Shown in pieces: positions 8,470-16,238 of a stretch of DNA of 34,821 nucleotides. Numbering within the stretch: the stretch's first letter is position 1; every line of letters starts with the position of its first letter. Made by a program: the position numbers and the translations under genes. Below the pieces are notes generated by a model. The model made no database searches. It was not told the origin of the DNA and worked only from the letters and a program-made list of their open reading frames with translations. This DNA comes from an uncultured Bacilli bacterium (lineage in GTDB: Bacteria > Bacillota_I > Bacilli_A > RF39 > UBA660): positions 1 to 34,821 of the forward strand of contig CALWAA010000001.1 in the NCBI GenBank assembly GCA_944372725.1, in the 5' to 3' direction.

Positions 8470-9849
8470 TTGAAGAATAAAGAGATTGAATTTGAAACAA
8501 TACATTCTCATAAAAAAAGAATACATTTTTTATATGCATTTGTCTGTGTAGTGGTACTTCTAGTGGTATTTATTGTTTCAAGAAGTTTTGCAAGGTATCG
8601 AGTAACACAGAGTATTCCGCTAGTTACTGGAACAATAAATTACAAGATACCAGACTTTAATTTTGTATCTTTATATGTTGCTAATGAAGATGGAGAATAT
8701 GTTGAGGCTGATAGTATCCCCGCAAGGGGGTATACACTCAATACTGCAGAAAGTTATTGTGGTATATCTAACAATGGAGAAATAGAAAAAGATGATAGTG
8801 TAATACTTACTTATGAAAATGGTAGTATGACATTTGGTAATGTTACTAAAAAGGGAACGAAGTGTTATTTGTATTTTGATGAACAAGTAGCAGCGAATCT
8901 AATTTTAGCTGGTAAAACAATAAACAACTCTAGAAGTGGAACCATAACAGGAGTACTCACTACGAATACAACCGGAACTGTATATAGCGTTCAAGATGAT
9001 TATGGAACAAGTTATGTATATGCGGGAGCACCAAGGGATAACTGGGTATATTTTGCAGGATTTTATTGGAGAATTATCCGAATTAATGGGGATGGTTCCA
9101 TCCGAATGATTTATAACGGAACGAGTACATCAACTACAGGGTCAAGCACTATGATTAGTAGTTCTCGAACGTTCAACAGTTCTTATGAAGATAATGCTTA
9201 TGTAGGGTATATGTATGGAAGCAGGGGAGCAAGTAGTTATGCATCAACTCATACTAATACTAATAATAGTTCCATTAAAACGGTTGTAGATAATTGGTAT
9301 CGAGATAATCTGTTGCAATATGCACAATATATCAGCACCGAAGCAGGATTTTGTGGAGATAGACGAATTGCAACATCAAGTGAAACATGGTGGCCAAATG
9401 ATACTAAAACGGGGTATGGAACTAATACCACAGCATATGCACCACTTTCAAGATTTGTAACAGTAAACGATCAGTATGCCGATACACAAAATCCAACCTT
9501 AAAATGTAGCCAAAGCAATGACTTGTATACAGTAAGTGAAAGTAGTAAAGGGAATCATGCATTAATCTATCCAATCGGATTAATCACAGCCGATGAAGTA
9601 GTATTAGCAGGAGGATTTGCAGGAAGATTAAATAGTAGTTACTATTTATATAATAATGATTATTATTGGACGATGTCTCCGGCTCGCTATCCGTATGCTT
9701 ACGTGTTCCGGGTGCATGAATCTGGTTATCTCCATTATACGAACGCACATTATACGTCTGGTGTTCGACCAGTAATTAATCTAGATGCTAGTGTAACATT
9801 AACTGGAACAGGTATATCAACTGATCCATATAGAGTTGTTGACGCTTAA
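8470..9849 (+). CDS. N-terminally anchored extracytoplasmic protein with a C-terminal YYWTMSP...GVRPVINL module (DUF6273-like)
   Basis: TTG start after AGGAGG (spacing about 12 nt). One TM/signal-anchor (FLYAFVCVVVLLVVFIV). Ser/Thr/Asn/Tyr-rich ectodomain. The C-terminal W..SP....GVRP motif recurs in many secreted Bacillota proteins of unknown function. Confidence 0.75.
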   Translation: MKNKEIEFETIHSHKKRIHFLYAFVCVVVLLVVFIVSRSFARYRVTQSIPLVTGTINYKIPDFNFVSLYVANEDGEYVEADSIPARGYTLNTAESYCGISNNGEIEKDDSVILTYENGSMTFGNVTKKGTKCYLYFDEQVAANLILAGKTINNSRSGTITGVLTTNTTGTVYSVQDDYGTSYVYAGAPRDNWVYFAGFYWRIIRINGDGSIRMIYNGTSTSTTGSSTMISSSRTFNSSYEDNAYVGYMYGSRGASSYASTHTNTNNSSIKTVVDNWYRDNLLQYAQYISTEAGFCGDRRIATSSETWWPNDTKTGYGTNTTAYAPLSRFVTVNDQYADTQNPTLKCSQSNDLYTVSESSKGNHALIYPIGLITADEVVLAGGFAGRLNSSYYLYNNDYYWTMSPARYPYAYVFRVHESGYLHYTNAHYTSGVRPVINLDASVTLTGTGISTDPYRVVDA

Positions 9850-9948
9850 AGTGCTTATTTAAATAAGTGCTTTTTTCTTTAAAATGTATTTATTATTGGA
9901 GGGTATCTGTGTTATAATTTTGATAGATTTAATCTTGGGGAGGTTCAT

Positions 9949-11223
9949 ATGAAGTTAATTACATTATTACCCGCTGACCAGTATGTAGTGGTAAATAAAA
10001 CAATATTAACAGAGATTGATAAGAAAAATTTAATTAATTTATATGAACCTATTATTGGTTTTGGTTCAGTTAGTTTATATCTTACTTTATGGAGTGATTT
10101 AGATAGATTAGAAATTATGAGTAGAGATTTTACTCATCATCATTTAATGAGTATTTTAAAATGTAGTTTGGATGCGATTAAACAATCAAGAGAAGCATTA
10201 GAAGCTGTAGGTTTAATGAAAACATATTTTAAAGAGGGAGATATTAATTCTTATGTTTATGAATTATATTCGCCTTTAAGTGCTTCTGAATTTTTTAATA
10301 ATCCTATATTAAATATTGTGTTATATAATAATGTTGGTGATGAAGAGTATAATTACTTAAAGAAAATGTATCGAAAAGTAAATATTGATTTGAAAGATTA
10401 TGAGGATATTACCAAGCCGATGAATGAAGTATTTGAACCTACTAGTATGCCAGTAGTAGAAGCACGTAGCAGGGAGACACTTCCTTTAAATATTGAAAGT
10501 GAAATTGATTTTGATTTAATTATGAGTAGTATTCCGAAAGGTATTTTAAATGAAAAAGCAATTAATAAGAGAATGAAAGAATTAATTATTAATTTAGCTT
10601 TTATTTATGATTTAGATACATTAAAAATAGTGGAATTAATACGAGCTAGTTTAAATGAACGGGGTGGAATTGATAGGGATACTTTGCGTAAAAATGCTCG
10701 CAAATACTATCAGTTTAAGTCTGGAAATTTACCAACATTAGTTTATCGAACACAACCTGAATATTTAAAAACACCTACTGGTGATAATTCTCGTAAAGGA
10801 AGAATTATTGGGATATTTGAAAATACTAGTCCCTATGATTTTTTAAAGAGTAAATATCACGGAGCAAATCCGACTAGTCGCGATTTAAAACTATTAGAAG
10901 TTTTAATGATTGATTTAGAACTAAATCCCGCCGTAGTAAATGTTTTAATTGATTATGTTTTAAAAAAGAATAATAATAAGCTTAGTGTGAATTATGTCGA
11001 AACCATTGCGGGCCAGTGGAAAAGAGCAGGAGTTAAAACAGCTAGAGAAGCGATGGATTTAGCAGAAAAAGAACATAAGAAGATGCAAAAAAACAGTGCT
11101 GATAAAAAGATAGTTAAAAATACTCATGAAGCTCCCGTTCCAGTTTGGTTTGATAAAAACTTAGAGAAAACCGAAATCAGTGAAGAAGAAGCAAAAGAGT
11201 TGGAAGAATTATTAAAAATTTAG
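9949..11223 (+). CDS. dnaB: replication initiation and membrane attachment protein DnaB (Firmicute DnaD-like family)
   Basis: GGGGAGG RBS. DnaD-like C-terminal signature (VNYVETIAGQWKRAGVKTAREAMDLAEKE). Lies immediately upstream of dnaI, as in the Bacillus dnaB-dnaI operon. Confidence 0.8.
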   Translation: MKLITLLPADQYVVVNKTILTEIDKKNLINLYEPIIGFGSVSLYLTLWSDLDRLEIMSRDFTHHHLMSILKCSLDAIKQSREALEAVGLMKTYFKEGDINSYVYELYSPLSASEFFNNPILNIVLYNNVGDEEYNYLKKMYRKVNIDLKDYEDITKPMNEVFEPTSMPVVEARSRETLPLNIESEIDFDLIMSSIPKGILNEKAINKRMKELIINLAFIYDLDTLKIVELIRASLNERGGIDRDTLRKNARKYYQFKSGNLPTLVYRTQPEYLKTPTGDNSRKGRIIGIFENTSPYDFLKSKYHGANPTSRDLKLLEVLMIDLELNPAVVNVLIDYVLKKNNNKLSVNYVETIAGQWKRAGVKTAREAMDLAEKEHKKMQKNSADKKIVKNTHEAPVPVWFDKNLEKTEISEEEAKELEELLKI

Positions 11224-11232
11224 GTGATTGAT

Positions 11233-12126
11233 ATGGAAAGTATAAAAGATAACGGAAAAGTACAAGAATTAAAAAAAGAATTGAGGGAAAATTATCGAGC
11301 TAATTTAAAAGATACTATTTTTAGCGATTTGGTCATTAAAAATAAAATTAAGGAAGAAGTAGGAATGCTTTATAATTCTGATTTAGAAGATAGTGCGAAA
11401 GAACTTAAAAATTGCCATGAATGTAAAGGCTTGTACGAATGTAAAAATAAAGTAATGGGGCATTATATGTATCCAAAAGTTACAGGAAATATCATTGATA
11501 TGGTTTATGTTCCTTGTAAATATAAAAAGGAAAATGACCGTTTATTAGAACTTAAAAATACAGCTAATAAAGAACTATTAAATGCTCGTTTTAAAGAAAT
11601 TGATGTAAAAGATAAAAATAGGGTAGAAGTAATTAAATGGATTAAGAAGTTTTATGATGAATTTGATATTTATAAAGATATGAAAGGACTTTATTTACAT
11701 GGCTCTTTTGGAAGTGGGAAAAGCTTTTTAATTTATGCTTTATTAAATGAGTTAAATATTAATAAAAAAATTCCCTTTGTTGCTCTATATTTTCCTGATG
11801 TTTTAAAGGATTTAAAAGAAGATTGGGATACTTATAATAGTAAAATGGAAAAGTATTCTACTGTACCAGTTTTGCTTTTAGATGATATTGGCGCAGAACA
11901 AGTAAGTGAATGGGGTAGAGATGAAGTTTTAGGAACAATTTTACAAAATCGCATGAATAATCATTTGACAACATTTTTTACCTCTAATCTTACGATAGAT
12001 GAATTAGAATATCATTTATCACTAGCTAAAAGTAGTTTAGATAAAGTAAAAGCGAGAAGAATTATTGAGCGAATTAAACAGTTAACGCAAGATATGGAAA
12101 TTATTACGGATAATAAAAGAAGCTAG
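11233..12126 (+). CDS. dnaI: primosomal helicase loader DnaI (AAA+)
   Basis: N-terminal Cys cluster (CHECKGLYECKN...VPCKY), Walker A GSFGSGKS and Walker B LLLDDIGAE. ATG 11233 follows AGGTGA. The ORF-track GTG at 11224 lies inside the RBS. Confidence 0.88.
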   Translation: MESIKDNGKVQELKKELRENYRANLKDTIFSDLVIKNKIKEEVGMLYNSDLEDSAKELKNCHECKGLYECKNKVMGHYMYPKVTGNIIDMVYVPCKYKKENDRLLELKNTANKELLNARFKEIDVKDKNRVEVIKWIKKFYDEFDIYKDMKGLYLHGSFGSGKSFLIYALLNELNINKKIPFVALYFPDVLKDLKEDWDTYNSKMEKYSTVPVLLLDDIGAEQVSEWGRDEVLGTILQNRMNNHLTTFFTSNLTIDELEYHLSLAKSSLDKVKARRIIERIKQLTQDMEIITDNKRS

Positions 12127-12139
12127 GGGTTAGCTTCTT
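12117..12139. terminator. bidirectional hairpin between convergent dnaI and the thioredoxin-like gene
   Basis: AAGAAGCTA (12117-12125) GGGGT TAGCTTCTT (12131-12139) is a perfect 9-bp stem that overlaps both stop codons. Confidence 0.6.
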
Positions 12140-12758
12140 AATTTATTATTTCCGCATTCACATTAAAATTATTATTCTCTAATACTTTTTTTACAACATC
12201 TTCATAGTCGGAACTTTGATAAGAACTTTCAATTTCTCTTATAATGCCATCACTCATGCCATCTGAGTATCCTCTTCTAGCATATTCAGTTCCAATTACA
12301 ATTAAAGGGACGGAAGTAGATACTTCTATTCCTAATTCGTTTGATACTTCTTCCATTAATTTTTGATTTTCCATATTATTCCATACTTCATAAGAAATAA
12401 TTTCTAAATATCCATAATCACTAGCAATAGATTCTAAAAATTCCTTGGCATGTTCACAATGAGGACAACCTTTACCACGGAAAAGATAGACTGTTACTGT
12501 TTTTTCAGCATCATTATTAGATGTTGGAGTATTTACATTATCACTATTTGGATTAGAAACATTGTTATCATTCTCATTATTTATGGTATTGTTATTAGTA
12601 TTTGTGCTTGTATCAATATTCTCACTTAAATTAGAATTACTTTCTTCATTTGAAGGCTTGCTATTATTGTAAATTAAATAAAATATAAATCCAGCGATTA
12701 CAAGAGTAAGTATGGTTGCTAAGACGCCAATTATAATTATATTTTTCTCTTTGTTCAT
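12138..12758 (-). CDS. membrane-anchored thioredoxin/glutaredoxin-fold protein (CPHC active site)
   Basis: TM helix (IIIIGVLATILTLVIAGFIFYLI), an Asn/Ser-rich low-complexity linker, then VTVYLFRGKGCPHCEHAKEFLESI. ATG 12758 follows AGGTGA. Confidence 0.8.
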   Translation of the reverse strand: MNKEKNIIIIGVLATILTLVIAGFIFYLIYNNSKPSNEESNSNLSENIDTSTNTNNNTINNENDNNVSNPNSDNVNTPTSNNDAEKTVTVYLFRGKGCPHCEHAKEFLESIASDYGYLEIISYEVWNNMENQKLMEEVSNELGIEVSTSVPLIVIGTEYARRGYSDGMSDGIIREIESSYQSSDYEDVVKKVLENNNFNVNAEIIN

Positions 12759-12837
12759 ATTAGTCACCTGTAATTAATTATATAGTATCTTTTATAGAGA
12801 TGCAAGGTAAAAATCGTAAAATAAATGTTAAGTTGTT

Positions 12838-12866
12838 TTACATTTGACGATTTGTTTGTTATAATG
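12838..12866 (+). promoter_or_regulatory. sigma-A-like promoter of the parE-like gene
   Basis: TTTACA (12838-12843), a 17-nt spacer, then TGtTATAAT (-10 at 12861-12866). Confidence 0.55.
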
Positions 12867-12885
12867 AATGATAGGGTGAATAAAA

Positions 12886-14796
12886 ATGGCAAAGAAGTAT
12901 GATGAATCATCTATTAAAATATTAGAAGGATTAGAGGCAGTTAGAAAAAGACCAGGAATGTATATTGGTAGTACTGATAAAAGAGGTCTTCATCATTTAG
13001 TATGGGAGATTGTCGATAATTCTATTGATGAGATTATTAATGGCTATGGAAATCATATTAAAATTGTTTTACATAAAGATGGCTCTATCACCATAGCAGA
13101 TAATGGCCGTGGTGTTCCAATTGGCATGCATGAATCTGGTAAGTCTACCCCCGAGGTTATTTATACTGTTTTGCATGCTGGTGGAAAGTTTGAAGAAGGT
13201 AACTATAAAGTAAGTGGAGGACTTCATGGTGTTGGTGGAAGCGTTGTTAATGCTTTATCTAAATGGATGGATGTTATCATTTACCGTGATGGAGTGATTT
13301 CTAACATTCGTTTTAAAGATGGAGGAAATGTAGATAGTCCACTAAAAACAATTGGCACAACCAATAAAACTGGTACTATCGTTACTTTTATGCCAGATTA
13401 TGATATATTTAAAAACTCACAGTTTTCTTATACAACCATTGTAGAAAGAATGCAAGAAAGTGCTTTTTTAATTCCAAGTGTTATGATTGATGTCATTGAT
13501 GAAGAAGCAAAAAAAGAAACGAAATTTCATTATGAAAATGGTTTAGTTGATTTTGTAGAATTTATGAATGAGGGAAAAACGACTTTAAATAAGGTTTTGA
13601 ACTTCAGTGGGACAAAGAGTGGTATCGAAGTAGATGTAGCGATGCAATATACGGACACTTATAATGAAAATATTGTTTCGTTTGTTAATAATGTTAAAAC
13701 AACAGATGGTGGAACTCATGAGGTTGGCTTTAAAACTGGTATCACGAAAGCTTTTAATGATTATGTTAAATCAAATAATTTAATTAAAGGAAAAGATGCT
13801 ACTTTTGATGGTAGTGATGTTAGAGAAGGTCTTAGTGCTGTGATTAATCTGCGCATACCTGAAAATTTGTTACAATTTGAAGGTCAAACGAAAGGAAAAT
13901 TAGGTACTCCAGAGGCCAGAAGTATTACGGAAGCAGTTACGTATGAAAATTTAAAGTTTTTCCTAGAAGAAAATAAAGAAATAGCTTTAAATATTGTTGA
14001 TAAAGCCAGTAAAAGTAAGATGGCTAGAGAAGCAGCTAGAAAAGCTAGGGAAGAAGCAAGAAATGGTAAAGGAAAACAAAAGATTGAGAAGAATTTATCA
14101 GGTAAGCTTGCCCCAGCGACAAGTAAGAATCCTAAAATTAATGAATTATTCTTAGTCGAGGGTGATTCAGCTGGAGGTTCGGCTAAAGGTGGACGAGATA
14201 GAAAGTTTCAAGCGATTCTTCCGTTACGTGGTAAGGTTATTAATGCTGAGAAAGCAAATATAACGGAAATGCTTAAAAATGAAGAAATTAATACAATCAT
14301 TCATACGATTGGGGCAGGTCTTGGTGCTGAATTTGATGTTAAAGAATCAAATTATGATAAAGTCATTATCATGACTGATGCGGATGTCGATGGTTCCCAT
14401 ATTCAAATTTTACTTCTCACTTTCTTCTATCGCTTTATGAGACCACTTATTGAGGCAGGGAAACTTTATATAGCTAAGCCCCCTTTATATAAACTTGATT
14501 ATGGTAAAAAACATTTTTATGCTTATTCAGATGAAGAACGCTTTAAAATTGTTGAAGAGAATTCTGGAAAACCGGATATATCAAGAAATAAAGGTTTAGG
14601 AGAAATGAATGCTGAAGAACTTTGGGATACCACTATGAATCCGGAAACGAGAAGTTTAATTCGTGTTAATATTTATGATGCTGCTTTAGCTGAAAAAAGA
14701 GTTAACGTTTTAATGGGGGATAAAGTAGAACCTAGAAAAGAATGGATTGAAGAAAACATTGTATTTACAATGGAAGATGATTTTAGAGTAGCTTAA
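12886..14796 (+). CDS. parE: type IIA DNA topoisomerase subunit B, most like topoisomerase IV ParE
   Basis: GHKL ATPase motifs (LHHLVWEIVDNSIDE, GGLHGVGGSVVNALS) and Toprim motifs (EGDSAGG, DADVDGSHI). The C-terminal LGEMNAEELWDTTMNPETRSLIRVNI...RVNVLMGDKVEPRKEWIEENI resembles ParE/GrlB tails more than GyrB. ParE versus GyrB is not certain without a search. Confidence 0.85.
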   Translation: MAKKYDESSIKILEGLEAVRKRPGMYIGSTDKRGLHHLVWEIVDNSIDEIINGYGNHIKIVLHKDGSITIADNGRGVPIGMHESGKSTPEVIYTVLHAGGKFEEGNYKVSGGLHGVGGSVVNALSKWMDVIIYRDGVISNIRFKDGGNVDSPLKTIGTTNKTGTIVTFMPDYDIFKNSQFSYTTIVERMQESAFLIPSVMIDVIDEEAKKETKFHYENGLVDFVEFMNEGKTTLNKVLNFSGTKSGIEVDVAMQYTDTYNENIVSFVNNVKTTDGGTHEVGFKTGITKAFNDYVKSNNLIKGKDATFDGSDVREGLSAVINLRIPENLLQFEGQTKGKLGTPEARSITEAVTYENLKFFLEENKEIALNIVDKASKSKMAREAARKAREEARNGKGKQKIEKNLSGKLAPATSKNPKINELFLVEGDSAGGSAKGGRDRKFQAILPLRGKVINAEKANITEMLKNEEINTIIHTIGAGLGAEFDVKESNYDKVIIMTDADVDGSHIQILLLTFFYRFMRPLIEAGKLYIAKPPLYKLDYGKKHFYAYSDEERFKIVEENSGKPDISRNKGLGEMNAEELWDTTMNPETRSLIRVNIYDAALAEKRVNVLMGDKVEPRKEWIEENIVFTMEDDFRVA

Positions 14797-14815
14797 AATT
14801 TTTAAGCTATTTTTT
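14790..14815 (+). terminator. Rho-independent terminator of the parE-like gene
   Basis: AGCTTAAAA / TTTTAAGCT hairpin spanning the stop codon, followed by ATTTTTT. Confidence 0.55.
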
Positions 14816-14827
14816 AATAATATTGTA

Positions 14828-14856
14828 TTGAACAAACGTATGTTTTGTGATATAAT
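14828..14856 (+). promoter_or_regulatory. strong sigma-A-like promoter of the ORF6N gene
   Basis: TTGAAC (14828-14833), a 17-nt spacer, then TGaTATAAT (-10 at 14851-14856). Confidence 0.65.
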
Positions 14857-14883
14857 TAAATTGTAGTAAAAATAATATTTGAA

Positions 14884-14898
14884 ATCGCAATTTGCGAT
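14884..14898. promoter_or_regulatory. perfect palindrome in the 5' UTR (candidate operator)
   Basis: ATCGCAA-T-TTGCGAT lies about 28-42 nt downstream of the -10 and about 30 nt upstream of ATG 14928. Confidence 0.4.
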
Positions 14899-14927
14899 GT
14901 CAAGTGTATTCAGGGAGGATTGGAAAA

Positions 14928-15812
14928 ATGAATGAATTAATGATTAATGATATTAAAATTGAAAATTTGATTTATGAAGTTAGAGGAAAGCAAGTTATGC
15001 TTGCTAGTGATGTAGCTAAGCTTTATCAAGTAGAAACAAAAGTTTTAAATCAAGTAGTAAAAAGAAATTTAAATCGGTTTCCTGAGGATTTTTGTTTTCA
15101 ACTTACATTAGAAGAAGCTCAAGAAGTGTGTTCAAGGTCACAATTTGTGACCTTGAACAGAAGTGGTAATAATCGTGGTAATAACATCAAATATTTACCA
15201 TATGTTTTCACGGAACATGGAGTTATGATGTTAAGTGGTTTATTAAAAAGTGAAATTGCTGCGAAAGTAAATGTGGCTATTATTAAGGCTTTTGTTGCAA
15301 TGCGTAAATATATTGCAAATAATACCTTAGAGACTAGAGTATCCAACATAGAAACTAAATTGATTGATTATGATTATAAATTTAATCTCATTTTTGAGAA
15401 AATGGATAATGAAAAAGTACATCATTTGTTTTTTGATGGACAGATTTATGATGCTTATTCTCTTTTGTGTGATATTTTAAATCAGGCTAGAAAAAATATT
15501 ATTATTATTGATAACTACTTAAATAAGAATATATTAGATGTTTTGGCTTCTATTCAAAAAGAGGTTTTTATTATCACGAAAAATATTAGTAAAAATGATT
15601 TAGAAATGTATAAAAAACAATATCAAAATATTAGGATAATGGAAAATAATTCTTTTCATGATAGATTTATTATCATTGATAGAAAGAACCTTTATCACTG
15701 TGGTGCATCTTTTAAAGATTTGGGTAAAAAATGTTTTGCGATAACAAAAATGGAAGATGAAGAAATATTAAATCAATTGCTTGATAAAATTGCCAAATTT
15801 GAGAATATGTAA
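14928..15812 (+). CDS. ORF6N (KilA-N-like) DNA-binding domain fused to an HKD/PLD-like domain (HxR variant)
   Basis: N-terminal IYEVRGKQVMLASDVAKLYQVETKVLNQVVKRNLNRFPEDFCFQLT...LPYVFTEHGVMMLSGLL is the ORF6N pattern. C-terminal FHDRFIIIDRKNLYHCGASFKDLG has the spacing of HxK(x)4D...G.S with R in place of K. GGGAGGA RBS before ATG 14928. Confidence 0.8.
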   Translation: MNELMINDIKIENLIYEVRGKQVMLASDVAKLYQVETKVLNQVVKRNLNRFPEDFCFQLTLEEAQEVCSRSQFVTLNRSGNNRGNNIKYLPYVFTEHGVMMLSGLLKSEIAAKVNVAIIKAFVAMRKYIANNTLETRVSNIETKLIDYDYKFNLIFEKMDNEKVHHLFFDGQIYDAYSLLCDILNQARKNIIIIDNYLNKNILDVLASIQKEVFIITKNISKNDLEMYKKQYQNIRIMENNSFHDRFIIIDRKNLYHCGASFKDLGKKCFAITKMEDEEILNQLLDKIAKFENM

Positions 15813-15828
15813 ATTGATATTTTTTCTG

Positions 15829-15857
15829 TTGACTTATTTTTATTATTGACATATAAT
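15829..15857 (+). promoter_or_regulatory. sigma-A-like promoter of the metal-resistance operon
   Basis: TTGACT (15829-15834), a 17-nt spacer, then TATAAT (15852-15857). Confidence 0.65.
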
Positions 15858-15865
15858 TAAATATA

Positions 15866-15879
15866 TGAACAATTATTCA
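15866..15879. promoter_or_regulatory. ArsR/SmtB-type operator (imperfect inverted repeat)
   Basis: TGAACAATTATTCA (TGAA.AATT.TTCA symmetry) lies immediately downstream of the -10. It matches the TGAACA..T.TTCA core of the 12-2-12 operators described for SmtB/CzrA/CadC-type repressors. Confidence 0.6.
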
Positions 15880-15899
15880 ATTGAAAGGAAGATTGAAAA

Positions 15900-16238
15900 A
15901 TGAATAAAGATTTAATTCATGAGAGTTTGGCTAAGAAAGTTAAACATAAAATGCTTAGTGATGATTTATTGTTTGATGTTGCTGAAGTATTTAAAATATT
16001 TGGTGATAGTACGAGAATTAAGATTATTTATGCCTTAAAACTAAGTGAGTTATGTGTGTCTGATTTAGCGTTTATTACGAGTAGTAGTGAATCAGCAATA
16101 TCACATCAACTACGTATCTTAAAGCAAGCAAAACTAGTAAAAGCAAGAAAAGACGGTAAAGTAGTTTATTATAGTTTAAAAGATGAACATGTCATTCAAT
16201 TGTTTGAGATAGGTCGTGAACATGTTGAAGAGTTATAA
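15900..16238 (+). CDS. ArsR/SmtB-family metalloregulatory repressor
   Basis: Winged-HTH signature FKIFGDSTRIKIIYAL...LCVSDLAFITSSSESAISHQLRILKQAKLVKARKDGKVVYYSL. It is overlapped by the downstream ATPase gene. Confidence 0.9.
   Translation: MNKDLIHESLAKKVKHKMLSDDLLFDVAEVFKIFGDSTRIKIIYALKLSELCVSDLAFITSSSESAISHQLRILKQAKLVKARKDGKVVYYSLKDEHVIQLFEIGREHVEEL

Noticed and set aside
9850-9948. Terminator after the 8470-9849 gene (AAGTGCTTATTTAAATAAGTGCTTTTTT)
   Set aside because: The sequence is mainly a direct repeat of AAGTGCTT with a loop-less AT palindrome (CTTATTT/AAATAAG). A stable hairpin cannot be drawn convincingly, although the T-run suggests that some termination occurs here.
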